64,000 nucleotides of DNA from Ramazzottius varieornatus (Eukaryota; Animalia; Tardigrada), in the NCBI GenBank assembly GCA_001949185.1, contig BDGG01000004.1, forward strand, positions 1,079,620 to 1,143,619, read 5' to 3'. Under the pieces are notes generated by a model, which saw only the letters and a program-made list of their open reading frames with translations, was not told the origin of the DNA and did not search any database. Positions 40,893 through 52,232 of this stretch are shown here, piece after piece (the first letter of the stretch is position 1; each line of letters opens with the position of its first letter). A program made the translations under genes and the position numbers.

Positions 40893-42320
40893 ATGGATGA
40901 CAACCACGGACCCGGAAGAACTATCGTGGCTTTAGTAAGCTTCTGAATATTCTTCCACACTCTCACTTTAAGCTACGAGTGTGTACTGATTTCGGATCCG
41001 TTTAATTAGGTTACTGGCGCCAACAAAGGAATTGGATTTGAAATAGTGCGGCAGTTATGTAAAACCTTGCCGCAGCCATCTATCGTTTACCTGACCGGTA
41101 CGTAATGCAGATTGACCACTTCTTCCATATTATACTCTCGGTTTTGGTACCTCAACGATCTGTTGAAGTCCTTCGATATCCAATTCGGCCCGAAATCAGG
41201 AACGCGGACGGAAGGCCACGCAGAGGCTCCGCGACGAAGGCCCAGAAAACGTGGAGTTCCTGCAACAAGACGTGACTCAGAAGGTGACAATCGACGCAGT
41301 GCGCGACTGGATCCAGCAAAAGCATGGGGCACTGGATATTTTGGTCAATAATGCCGGAACGGTTGGCGTAAGTACTCTCTACCTTGATAACCAATGACCT
41401 GTATACCTGGTTTCGCACAACGAAGCTGTCGTTTTCTGTCTTCGGTAGTTTGAAGGTGGCGAAAGTGTGGAGGAGAGGGTTCGCCGCGTTCCTACTTCCC
41501 ACCTCATACAGAGAACCGTTGCCACGAACTTTACTGGGCTTCTGAATGTCTGTAAAGCCTTATTTCCTTTGCTCCGTCCCCATGGAAGGTACCACTGTAT
41601 TTCGCACGATTATTCAGATATTGAATTTACATTTCCTACTGTACATATTATTTCCAGAGTGGTTCACATGTCCAGCATAATGGGAAGCTTGGCGCTCTTG
41701 ACTGATAAGCAACTGAAAGAAAGACCTTTGGACAATGCTCTGACCACGGACAGTCTAGAGAAGATAATGGCGGACTATGTCCATTTCGTGTAGGTCGAAT
41801 TCTTGCAGGTTTGAAAGCACAGCACCTAAGGACGTCGGTTGGCTGTTTTCAGTCCAAAGGAGAACGACTACGGGGGATATCCGGCGTTTGGGCTAGGACC
41901 TTACTGCATGTCGAAACTGGCTGTCAATGCTCTTACGAGAGTCCTACAAAGGGATTTCAACCAGGACAAGTCACGGGAAGACCTTTCTGTGAACTCCGTA
42001 AGTCCCAGCTACGTTAATGTGGCGTCTACCTGGCTACCGTAGAGGTGTGAACAATACCGAATTTCGGTTGTTCGTTCTAGTGCTATCCCGGATACACGGT
42101 GACGGGCTTGACGAACCAACGAGGAACTCATACTGCAGAAGAAGCAGCAAAGACATCTGTCTATCTTGCTCTGCTGGGTTCTCGGGTACAAGACGCTAAC
42201 GGGTTTGAGACCGACATTCCTCGTGGTCAGCTTGTTCGAGACCGCCGGGTCCTCGACTGGGTAAACAGCGAAGGCTGCATGAAATTCAGCGATATTCCGA
42301 AATTTGATGCAAAGACTTGA
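40893..42320 (+). CDS. Carbonyl reductase (CBR1-like SDR) paralog, possibly pseudogenised
   Basis: VTGANKGIGFE, LDILVNNAG, YCMSK, AKTSVYLALL. Suspect splice acceptor near 41185-41189 (ttcgg) and TAG at 41791-41793 next to a splice junction. Confidence 0.75.
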
Positions 42321-45300
42321 AAACACACAACTCAAGACTGCTCCGGCACATGAAACAACCCTCCGGAATTTCACGTTTCCCATGCCCAAAAGTTGTCTGT
42401 CATGTCATCTTTGCCATCAACGTAATAGCTTGATCGCTAAATATTCCCATAAAATGGTCCTACATCTCTTCCCTTTCTCTCCGGGTACAAATTGTCCCGA
42501 GTTCCGCCTCAAGATCGATAGCTGAACAGAAACGCGCGCGGGTAAGCTTTGTAAGGTAAGCAAGCTATCATGGCATGTTACTATGTATGTGCTGTAAGGT
42601 TACTGCTGAGTGCTGACTCACAGCCAACCGATCGCGATGCTCGAATAGTTAGATTTTAATCTCCTCAGTCACTTTTATCGATTTTCTTCTCATTCTCGTC
42701 AGCCATCGAAATGGAACATCCGAACAAGTGAAGTGGCGTGGCGCACCTTTTCCTTCCCTTTTGGAATCCAGAGAGGACTGTCCTGTTGGGGTTGACCGCA
42801 AGCATCCTGTCGGATCTGTCCAAGAGCGGCGGAGAGATACAGTAGCAGTGCATGACCAGCGCAGGCACGTCCAGTAATAAGAATGCTGAAGCCTGATCCA
42901 TATAGCCAAGGCGTTCGACCTTCGAAGAGTTGCTTTGAGATCCTAATGCTAAACCTGGTTCTTATGGTTGTATTGCACGTTCTCTATAGTGAAAGGACCG
43001 GAGTGAGCGAAGAATGATTTCGGCGGCCAGCGCTGCTGGGCATGGAGTAGCATTGGCGCGCTTGGCTACTGCCGGTGGGTATACTTCTCTCGAAAATATA
43101 AATCACCATATCGTGACTATCTTTGTGCCTTGTGGCAGAATCTACGTTGGAGCTGGACACGATACACCGTCACCACGGGCATAATGGGGATGCGGCAGTG
43201 GCAGCAGGGGTTGCTTCTCAACCAGGGACTTCCGGTCCAGCGCGGGTTGCGTGGTTTCGCACCATCTCCCCGGAACTCAAGAAAAGGCTGGGCGATACCA
43301 CCAGCGTCTCGCTTAGGTAAGTTCCGCAGCACAACATTGAGAACTTCTGCTGCATAAGGGATAGGAGGAGCAATGTTAAATTTATTTTTGTTTCTCCAGC
43401 TGGAAGGATTTAGTGGTTCGAGTGGTTCCTGAGAAGAAACGGCTGGCGGCGATTCTGCAGCCCTCCAGGCGAGAGTCGAATGCAACTGCAGCGTCGCTGG
43501 TGGCCGAGCCGCGCAAGATCCTAAATGGTGTTAGTGGCGTTGTCCAGTCGGGTGAATGCATGGCTCTGATGGGAGCTTCCGGGGCGGGGAAGACCACCCT
43601 AATTAACATGCTGACTGGGTAAGCACCGTCTGGTATGTTTTGCTTATGATTTCGAGCCATCTGTAGATTGGTGAATAGACCTTTCGTGATTGATCTCAAC
43701 AGGCGTAAACGGGAGATGAAGCTGCAGATGGAAGGGACCATCTGTGTGAATGGACATCAGATTGGTTCGGCCGTCACAATACTTCTGGCTACGTACAGCA
43801 GGTACAGTGACACAATGTGACGTACACTGGTCTCACCTTACTCCTTGTCATGGATTCGACGTAGATCATATAAGTGTAGCCGATACTTGACATTCTGTGG
43901 AATTCTCATGGCTTTTCGTTGTTGGGTACAGATGGATCTGGCTCTCCCCGCACTGACAGTACGCGAGCATCTCAACTTCCACGCGAACCGTCGAATGCAT
44001 CGAGGCATCTCGCCAAAGGAGCGGAAAGAACGAGTGGAGGAGGTCATTCTAGACTTGGGTCTGACCAAATGCACTGATACTCTCATAGGTGGAAGACATA
44101 TCAAGGTAAGTTTCATGTATCACGTTGTCGTGACTGTTTTGTACGACGATCATGATTGTAAGGCATAATATTATACTGTAGCATAAACTGATTAGAGAAT
44201 TCAAGACTGCATTCCCAACTTTAACCTTTGGTTTTGCAGGGCATCTCTGGAGGGGAAATGAAGAGACTGCAGTTTGGATGTGAGGTGTTGACCGACCCTC
44301 CTCTGTTGTTCTGCGATGAGGTAAGGGTTCTTCTTGATCGAAGCCATTATTTGTATTCTTCGTGAACTTATCTGTATTTTCGCGTATATGCAGCCAACTA
44401 GCGGTCTTGACTCGTTCATGGCAGAAGCAGTAGTGTCCATCGTGAAGAACCTAGCTGCTCGCGGCAAGACAGTGGTCTGCACGATTCATCAGCCTTCCTC
44501 TTCCGTGTTCGCCGTGTTCGATAAATTCATGCTCTTGGCCGAAGGTCGCGTGGCTTTCCTGGGTCCACGAGTAGATGACATCCCCTTCTTCAACAGTATC
44601 GGTATCCATGTTCCCGAAGATTACAATCCCGCTGATTTCTTCGTTCACCAGTTAGCCATCATACCTGGCCACGAAGACGAGTGCAGAGCCAAGGTGCTAT
44701 AGAATGAGCAGAAAGATAATAATTTTCGTTCTTGTTCGTTCTAAGGACAATTTAACCCACTGTTTTGTTCTTCAGGCCAAAGAGATTTGTGACAAGTTTG
44801 CCGTCTCCGATCTGGGTATCAGTATGAAGAACCGAGTGGACGAATTGATGCCGGATTCCACAGCGAACAATAATCGAGATGCAGGAAGTGCTCGATACAT
44901 GAAGCACATGGGCCATGTTACTTATAAGGCTTCTTACTGGGAGCAAATGCAAGCGGTGCTGTGGCGAAGTGTTCTTACCATGCGCCGCGAACCCATGTTA
45001 CTCCGCGTTCGCTTAATACAAGTCGTGATCATCAGTCTGATTTTCGGCTTGATTTTCTTACAACAAACGAAGAACATGGCCAGTATGTTTGATCCTTACT
45101 CGGTTTGCTCCATTTGGCGAAGAACTTGATGGATTATACATACGTTTTTTTCAGGCGTTCAGAATATCAACGGCTTAATGTAGATGTTTCTTATGCAAAT
45201 GGCGAGTACTATACAAATTCTTCTTCCAAATAACGGAGGAAGCTCGACGAACTAACTCGACAACTTGGTTTTTCCAGGTGGCGCACGCTCGTAGCCAGTA

Positions 45301-45652
45301 ACACTGGAAATGTGCACCATTTGCGGGAAACGATCTTGTTGATTTTGCTTGCTGAGCTTCCGCATTCTTTGGGCTTCTCATGCTGGAGTTTTTCTTGTAG
45401 ACAATGGGTAACATATTCGCGGTGGTGACGACGTTTACAAACGAGCTGCCGGTATTCTTGAAGGAACACGACTCCGCAATGTATCGGACGGACGTGTACT
45501 ACCTAGCCAAGACCCTTGTAGATATTCCGGTTTTCGTCGTCCTGCCCTTCATCATGGCATGGACGTATGTACACGCTAGCACACTGACCTAGTTTCATTG
45601 AAGCTTGAAAGACTGAGCAGAGAGCGAGTGACCGATGTCCTGTTGCACACGG

Positions 45653-45673
45653 CGTGACGTCACGGCATATAAG
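45653..45673 (+). promoter_or_regulatory. CRE-like palindrome (cgTGACGTCAcg) immediately followed by a TATA-like box (tataag)
   Basis: Motifs at 45653-45664 and 45668-45673, near the left edge of the insert. Confidence 0.4.
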
Positions 45674-46212
45674 TCGTAGCCGATGGCGCGATACCGTTGT
45701 TTCCATTCTGCAGCATTCTCTTCTACGGATTTCTCCTGCTTTTTCCATCCGCCTTCAGATCGCTGCTTCATCTGCTCTTGTGGCCTTTGTGCCTACCCGT
45801 GGATATCTGGACGGTGATACGGCGGACTAGCGGCGTATTTGTCGGAGGGGAGAGGTCGAGCGCCTGAGCGGACCGCGCTTTGATGGTGGCCATTCCTGTA
45901 TCTCTTTTTGCTCTTATTATCCGATTTCTGGAGCCAGATTGATCGTTAGCTGTATCCTGTTCCACTGCAAGTATCCTGCGCCATCATATTCCAGCATCTA
46001 CTGTTCAAGGTAAGATCAAACAACGGCTAAAACTTATAAAATGTCGCTAGGAATGCTGGAGGAGGTTCCAATGAATGACTTGACGCCTGACGTCACGGTT
46101 TATGTCGCGGCCCTTGAGGGTAATCGGCCTGGAAAGTGGCTGCCCCTGGGGGCAAATCGCGGGGGCACTGAAGTCATGCGCAAACGAAACGGGGCAGTGG
46201 AGACCCATCATG

Positions 46213-49200
46213 CTAAAAGTGGACGGTGGGCAGAGACCATCCATTTTTAGTGGCCGACCAGTGGTACTCGACCTAGTGACTCGGGTCTGCTGGGTGGGTG
46301 GCAGTTGTAGTGCGTAAATGGCTTCATCGTTCGAATGTGGCGTTCACACCCGGTACAGAAAGCAAGGTCGATAGTGTAGCCGGGCTAAAATTGGATGGTT
46401 GTCGACGACCACCAGCCCAAGCAGTACTTTGATTCGGTAGACTCAAATGGATGGCTTTCGGCGAGCCCATCATGAATGGAGACGCTTCCCCACCACCATG
46501 GTCACTCGCTACGAGCCCGGCAAGAAGAAGATGGCCGTCTCTCTGGTGATTGCGGATCACATTGATGGGCCGGAGCAAAAATCTGCAGGGGAATGGGCGA
46601 AACTCTTGCTGCGTTGGGCGATCACAGTCGAGGTATGAACAACCCCGATGCCAATGGTCTACCCATTCGACGGTCGTGGATCCGAACGACCTTGCTGGAC
46701 GCCAGGACTGGCCGATTCGTTCGTCAGTGATAGATTGTGGCTGGGTTTTCCCCTGGTCCCTCTTTTTCCAATTTGATTTTGCTATCCGAGACTGCGGCGG
46801 GGTGAGGGCGCACACCAACCGCGGTTGGTAATTTCTGTTTTTTCAATTTGAGTAATTCCCTTTGATGTTTCATTTCTCTATAAAGGGATGGTCGGCGACG
46901 ACCATCCATTCTTAGTATGACATTTTGGTCATCAGCTACAATTTGGTTTAATGGTAAAGTAAAACTTCCGATTGCACAGCTATCACTCCTGATAACTTTC
47001 CTACAGTAGTTTTGGTATTAAACAAAGATCCTGGACGGGACAGGGAAACGTCTCGAAACGTAAAGAAAATCTAGGGAAAAGACTAACGGTAACGACGCCG
47101 GCACATGAAAACGGAAAACCAAAAGACACGCGGCCGTATTGTAACAAGAAAAATCTAGTCTACTCTTCATCTCCATCTTCACTTTCAGTGTCGTCGCTCT
47201 CACCGCTCTCGCCGCTGGCCTTGTAGTCTTCATCGGCATCCTTATCATCATGGGCCGCCTGCTCATCCTCGTCGTCATCCTCTTCGGCGACCGTCGCTTT
47301 AGCCTTCAACGCGGCGACCTTCTTCCCCGCGGCGCGCTGACGAGGCCCGGGGGCGTCATCCTCCGACGCTTCTTCCTGAGACGCTTTCTGAGCGGGTTTC
47401 TTGGCTGGCGACTTGGCCTTGGTCAGGGATGCTTGGCGTCAGCCGGCAAAGCCGCCCACGCCGCCAGTGCTTCCGTCTTCAATTCGGCCGTCTTGAGCGT
47501 GGAATGTTCCTGTTGGTAGTGGTTCTTGAAGTGCGTATACGCCGCCAAGGGTCGACGGGGAGCCTATGAAGAATGAACACTATAAATGGATGCTCACGGG
47601 AGACAATCCATTTTTAGGATGAACAGTCCGACTTACATTGCCCGTGTTGGCCGGTCGTCCAATTTGCCCCTTGTGCTTCCGGTTGCGCTTGGCGCGAACC
47701 TTGAGGTTGGCCAACGAGGCCTGTTGCTCAGCGGTCAGCGGCGTATAATACCCCAAGGGCTGAATGGGCAGCAGCATACGGGCACGATTCCAAATCTCCT
47801 GGCGCACGTAGGATGACATGCTCTTGACTCCTGGCCATGACTGTGTGTGATTGGTACTACCCGCTACAAACGGCAACATACTACCAGGTCAAAGGGTACT
47901 ACCAGCGTCCAACTTACCGTTGCCCACACTTTGCTTGTTACGATCCTGACCTTTGGCTCGCTTCTTCAGTGCTTCCAGTCCGTCCACGCGCACGGGAATG
48001 GACGTCTGCGCGACGAAGCGCTGGTACTGCGCACCGGCTGGTTAGACGGTCCAGCCTTTGCTGTTTCGGACTGCTTGCCTTTATCCGCTCGCCAAGCCTG
48101 TAAATCATAAAAATCATACGACGAAAACCAGCTAGGCACAATGGCAATGACACCGGCTTACCGCCACAACCTTTCGCAGCTCGTCCGCCTCGGGTATCGG
48201 CACAAACTGGGCCATTTCAATCTACCACATAGATATATACACACTCGCTAAATATGGATGGATGTCGGTGACCATCCCTTTTTAGCAACGCCTACCGTCT
48301 GATTCTTTTTTCGCTCCAGCTCCGCGGCAATGTCGTGTGGCAGTAGGACCTCGTCTGTTTTCGCCAGTGCATTAACTTCCGCTCGTGCCTGTAACCGTAA
48401 ACTGCATTGCGCTGTCACATAGACGCTTAATAGTGCACCGGTTTGAACATACCTGCTCAAAGCGCCACCAGTCGGTCAAGAAGTGCAGCTGGACAATGGC
48501 CTGTTTGTTCTTTGACAAGTTCTGGTAGGTGCGACTCTTGCTGGACCGTTTCGCCAGATAGGAGGAGAATGGGGCATCATCGCGGCGTGACGCGAAATAA
48601 CTGGCCACATTGGGTGCGGGAGCCAGTTCATAATGACTGTCGAGAATCAGGGCTCGTTCGACCTTGCCTGACTTCGATTGGCCAAATCAACACTTGTATT
48701 TGACCTAAGAAGAGACCGAAGTCAATAAAGGGTCTCCGGTGCCATACCGAGAACCATATACTTGTCCTTACCTACTGATTGGGTGGAGTGGTATTCAGGG
48801 CAGCGCTGAACGGCCACGAGTTCACGGAACAGTCGGTCAAGTCGCAAAAATCTGTAAGGCCACTGACTGGCACGGCCGTCCCAGCCTCCACATTGTCCAA
48901 AACGTTGCCCTGTTCCTACCAACAAGTCCATCATATTAGCGTATTAGGGAACATAACTCGCTGAATACCGCCGTCACTGACCTGAAACACGGCCAAGTAA
49001 CGGTCCAGCGTCTTCAACAGAGAGGCAGCTGTTGCAGGATTATCCTTCAACGCCTTCAGGATCCAGGACCAGTTGTCGGCAAACGACTCCACTTCCGGCT
49101 CGAACCGCAAATGAAGAAGCGCCGTAGTACTGACGTCCGGACACATCATCCCGTGCAGGATACGCCGCTCGGATATGCCCGCCAACGAGTCTTTTGGTCG

Positions 49201-50328
49201 GACCAACTTGACCAAGTCATTCTGCATCAATACAATGTACGTCAGCCTTACATTGTCCGCTGCTGTTGGGTCGAAGGTCATCGTGACGTCCTCAGTCGCG
49301 TCGTCGTCCTTGTCCGTTGAGGCGGACACAGCACCAACACGCTTGCCGCGGGATTTTCGCGAGGACTTCGCACGGCGAACCCTCTTTGGCGTTGGGTCTG
49401 TCTTGTCCGCTGGTCGCGTCTGTTGATGTTGCTGGGCTGCCGGGACGGCGTGGGACGAAGACGGAACCGTCATCATCTGGACTTGTTCCTGGACACCGGC
49501 CAGTGCGGGGTTTCTAGCCGTGGTGTTGGCCGTAGCATTCTCGTCTGCAAATAAACATGTACTTTAGCATCCACAACAGACTATCAAGGGATGGTCATCA
49601 TCAACCTTCCATTATTCGGCATACCTTGAGAATATCCAATTCAATGTCGGCCTTGGCCAGGTTGTGTTCGGCCACTACCTTAATCATCTTGGCCTCGAGC
49701 CGATCCCACGGTTCTTGGGCCTTGTGCAACTTGTGAAAGTACAGCGCGAGACTGCCACCTTTCAAGAGCATCGGCCCCATCTTAACCTCGTCGTCTTTCA
49801 GGCCCACGATGGTCCCTTGTTCCAGTTCTTTCAACAACAAACGGAGGTGGGGATAGACGTTGTTGGGCGCGGTGGCCAGCCAGCGGAGGGCCGCCATCAT
49901 GTCGCTGTCCCACACCTTCTTCACCTACAACGAGCGCCAGCGCAAAATGTTAATCGCCTGCGACGGACAAGGTACCATACATGATATCGCACAAACGATC
50001 CGACATAGTCAGACGGGCATATTCCGCTACTTACGTTCGGTTCAAAAGCAGACAGATAACGCTTTGTGCGGGTAAACAAATCAGCTGGCACATCCCAGGG
50101 CTCGTAATCCACATTGGCCATCTGCTGCGACGGTCGCCACTCCACCAAACGAGATCGGAAGATCTTGACCCATTGGTACACGGTGGCAGCCGTGGCACGC
50201 GTATGGTCAAAGTTGACAACGTTGGCGTAGATGTCGCGTTCTGTGGCCGGAAAGTCATAGACGATAAAGACCTGCAAATACAAATAGACGCTATTAATGG
50301 ATGGAATCCAGTGACCATCCAATTTTAG
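46213..50328. repeat. Dispersed 38-bp palindrome family CTAWAAWKGGATGGTC-N6-GACCATCCMWTTTTAG
   Basis: Copies at 46213-46250, 46878-46915, 47580-47617, 48248-48285, 49581-49618 and 50291-50328, plus a partial copy at 46385-46422. Confidence 0.9.
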
Positions 50329-50410
50329 CGAACCAGGCTTGAGTTACATACCGGTACTCGTGTTCTCACGGTCCAGTACCGATCAGGCAGCTCACGGCAT
50401 CGCGGGTCCT
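47160..50410 (-). pseudogene. Multi-exon gene of the insert encoding an unknown protein with a C-terminal HMG-box-like domain and basic/acidic tail
   Basis: About 10 exons with canonical GT-AG introns. The last exon reads APRRPLAAYTHFKNHYQQEHSTLKTAELKTEALAAWAALPADAKHP*(in-frame TGA 47423-47425)...EEDDDEDE...ESEDGDEE. Further stops and frameshifts lie upstream, and no start exon was seen. Confidence 0.7.
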
Positions 50411-51235
50411 ATTATCCATCGGAACTAACAGTACCAATTTTTACCGATTATATGTTTGCAGTATGTGAGTTGGTTCAAGTACGCTAACGAAGGTAATAAT
50501 TATAGACATTTCTGAACAGCTTTCGTCATTCTCCTCTTTCCTGATTCTTATACTGTATGTCTGTATCTTCCTGCTTTGCGCTGCAGCTTTGCTGATTAAT
50601 CAGTGGGAGTCTGTGGACAACATAACGTGCACCAATGCGGTAGAGACTATCAATGGAACTTGCGCTGGACTTCTGCCTAATGGGCAAGCGGTAACCCCGA
50701 AGTAGAACCATGTTTCTTCGAAGCTCAGGGTTCAGGAAAACTGTCAGGGGAAAGCTAATTAGCGTTTGCATTATAGGTTCTGGACAGACTGAACTTCAAG
50801 CACTCGAACTACAGCTTCGATATCGGTATTCTGTTCCTTATGATTCTGGTCTTTCGAGTCATCGCCTATCTGGCTCTGTGGAACCGTACCCGGAAGTGAA
50901 GCACTGGTGCATGTTTTGTCCCTCTCTTGCCAACCATTCCTGCTGTTTTTGTTGATACCTTTGACAAACCGTCTCTCGAAGCAATCCCCCTCTGTCTCTC
51001 TTAGAAATCTCTCGATTTGATAATACTCGCTGTGAAACTCTAAGATTGAGATTAATTAGGATCACTCGTTTATTCGTTCGTTTACAGTCTTCTTTCACTG
51101 TTTTGGTAAGCTCTGCTCTGGTCTTGAAGTTTACGATCAAATTTCATCACAAAAATTTTAACAAAGTCTTGTCTGGTCACAGTAATAAATAAAACAACAA
51201 AACACAGTGGAGAATCTTTTGACTGAAAATTTGTA

Positions 51236-52232
51236 TCAGCTGACATGTCTGCCATGTTTCATCTTCCTGTCCTGTTCATCTTTCTCCTGCTTTCCTTTCA
51301 TCTCTTTGAATTCTGCGGCACCAGTTGTCGGTTCAGGATGAGCTTTGGCCTCTTCCGCTAACTGACGGCGACCTTCCACGAAGAGTTTATAGCTTTCATT
51401 GCCTTCCAGAAAGATACGCGCATCTTGCTCCGTAGTAATGGCCGCCCTCAGTTTTTCGATCTTACTGGAATCACTCAGTATAGATCCTCTGAAAGGGATT
51501 CGCTTCTCTTCCGACGTTTTGGTCTTCGGTATGAAGAGTGTAAAGACTTTGAAATACCTCACCAAATCTGCGACATCTTCTGGACGCATGTTATATACAC
51601 TGGCCAGGTGCTCCGCGTTGTAGGTTACCGGGTCGTGCTGCGCGAGGGCCATCAGCTCCAGCGCGTTCTTGAAGGTTATCTTGCCTGGCATCACTTTCTC
51701 GGGTTCGGGAAAGCCGTATTCCGGCTCGTCCATGGTTTGACGCTCTTCAGGTAGAGGACGACTTGAAGGGGCATCCTTCCGCGGATCACGCTCAATGGCC
51801 TGAAAACACCGTATTGTTACGTACAGAAACTTGATGTAAGATAGTTCTCTTGTGCTTACTGTTTGACTATGGTATTCTACCGGCGGTCTTGAGCTCGGAA
51901 CGTCATGCGAGTATACTTTCACAGTCTTCAGTCGTTCATCTAAACTCGGTTCCTTTTCTGTCTCTAATCCCGGTACCGTTCTACCTGCAAGCAAGAAAAA
52001 GGCAGCTGCAAATCGTGGGCTTCTGACGCTTTGAGCTGGAGTATGCACATTGCAGCTACTGACTGTCAGCGGCAGCTTCTTGTCGTCCACGCCTGGCGAG
52101 GACTTTCTGATCCGTGGGGTAGCGCGGAGCCATTCTAGGCTGCTCTTTCTGCTTCTCTATGACGCGGAAGGCTCGGTTCTCGACATTCCAGTTCCGGAGT
52201 ATCCGGAGCGGCTGCGACGTTATTCCACCCAT
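51236..52232 (-). CDS. NDUFAF4: Mitochondrial complex I assembly factor NDUFAF4 homolog
   Basis: MG...RNWNVENRAFRVIEK..PRMAPRYP, LDERLKTVKVYSHD, RPLP, PGKITFKNALEL, LASVYNM..EDVADLVRYF. Confidence 0.85.

Larger units (their letters stand above)
45600..50450. mobile_element. Unclassified ~4.9 kb insert (probable truncated large mobile element) with periodic 38-bp palindromes
   Basis: Unrelated sequence lies between consecutive parts of the ABCG gene. It has its own spliced gene and repeated palindromes. No TIR, TSD or transposase was seen, so boundaries are approximate. Confidence 0.7.
43014..50899 (+). pseudogene. white/scarlet-type ABCG half-transporter, disrupted and split by an insert
   Basis: Walker [54 protein letters not shown] (to 45564). 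It resumes at about 50455 with QYVSWFKYANE|ALLINQW...|VLDRLNF...RTRK*. Frameshift near 43775, in-frame TAG at 45181-45183, and middle TM exons absent. Confidence 0.9.

Noticed and set aside
46213-50328. CRISPR array or integron attC interpretation of the palindromes
   Set aside because: The context is eukaryotic, spacing is ~680 bp, the sites lie inside introns of one continuous gene rather than between cassettes, and no cas or integrase gene is present.
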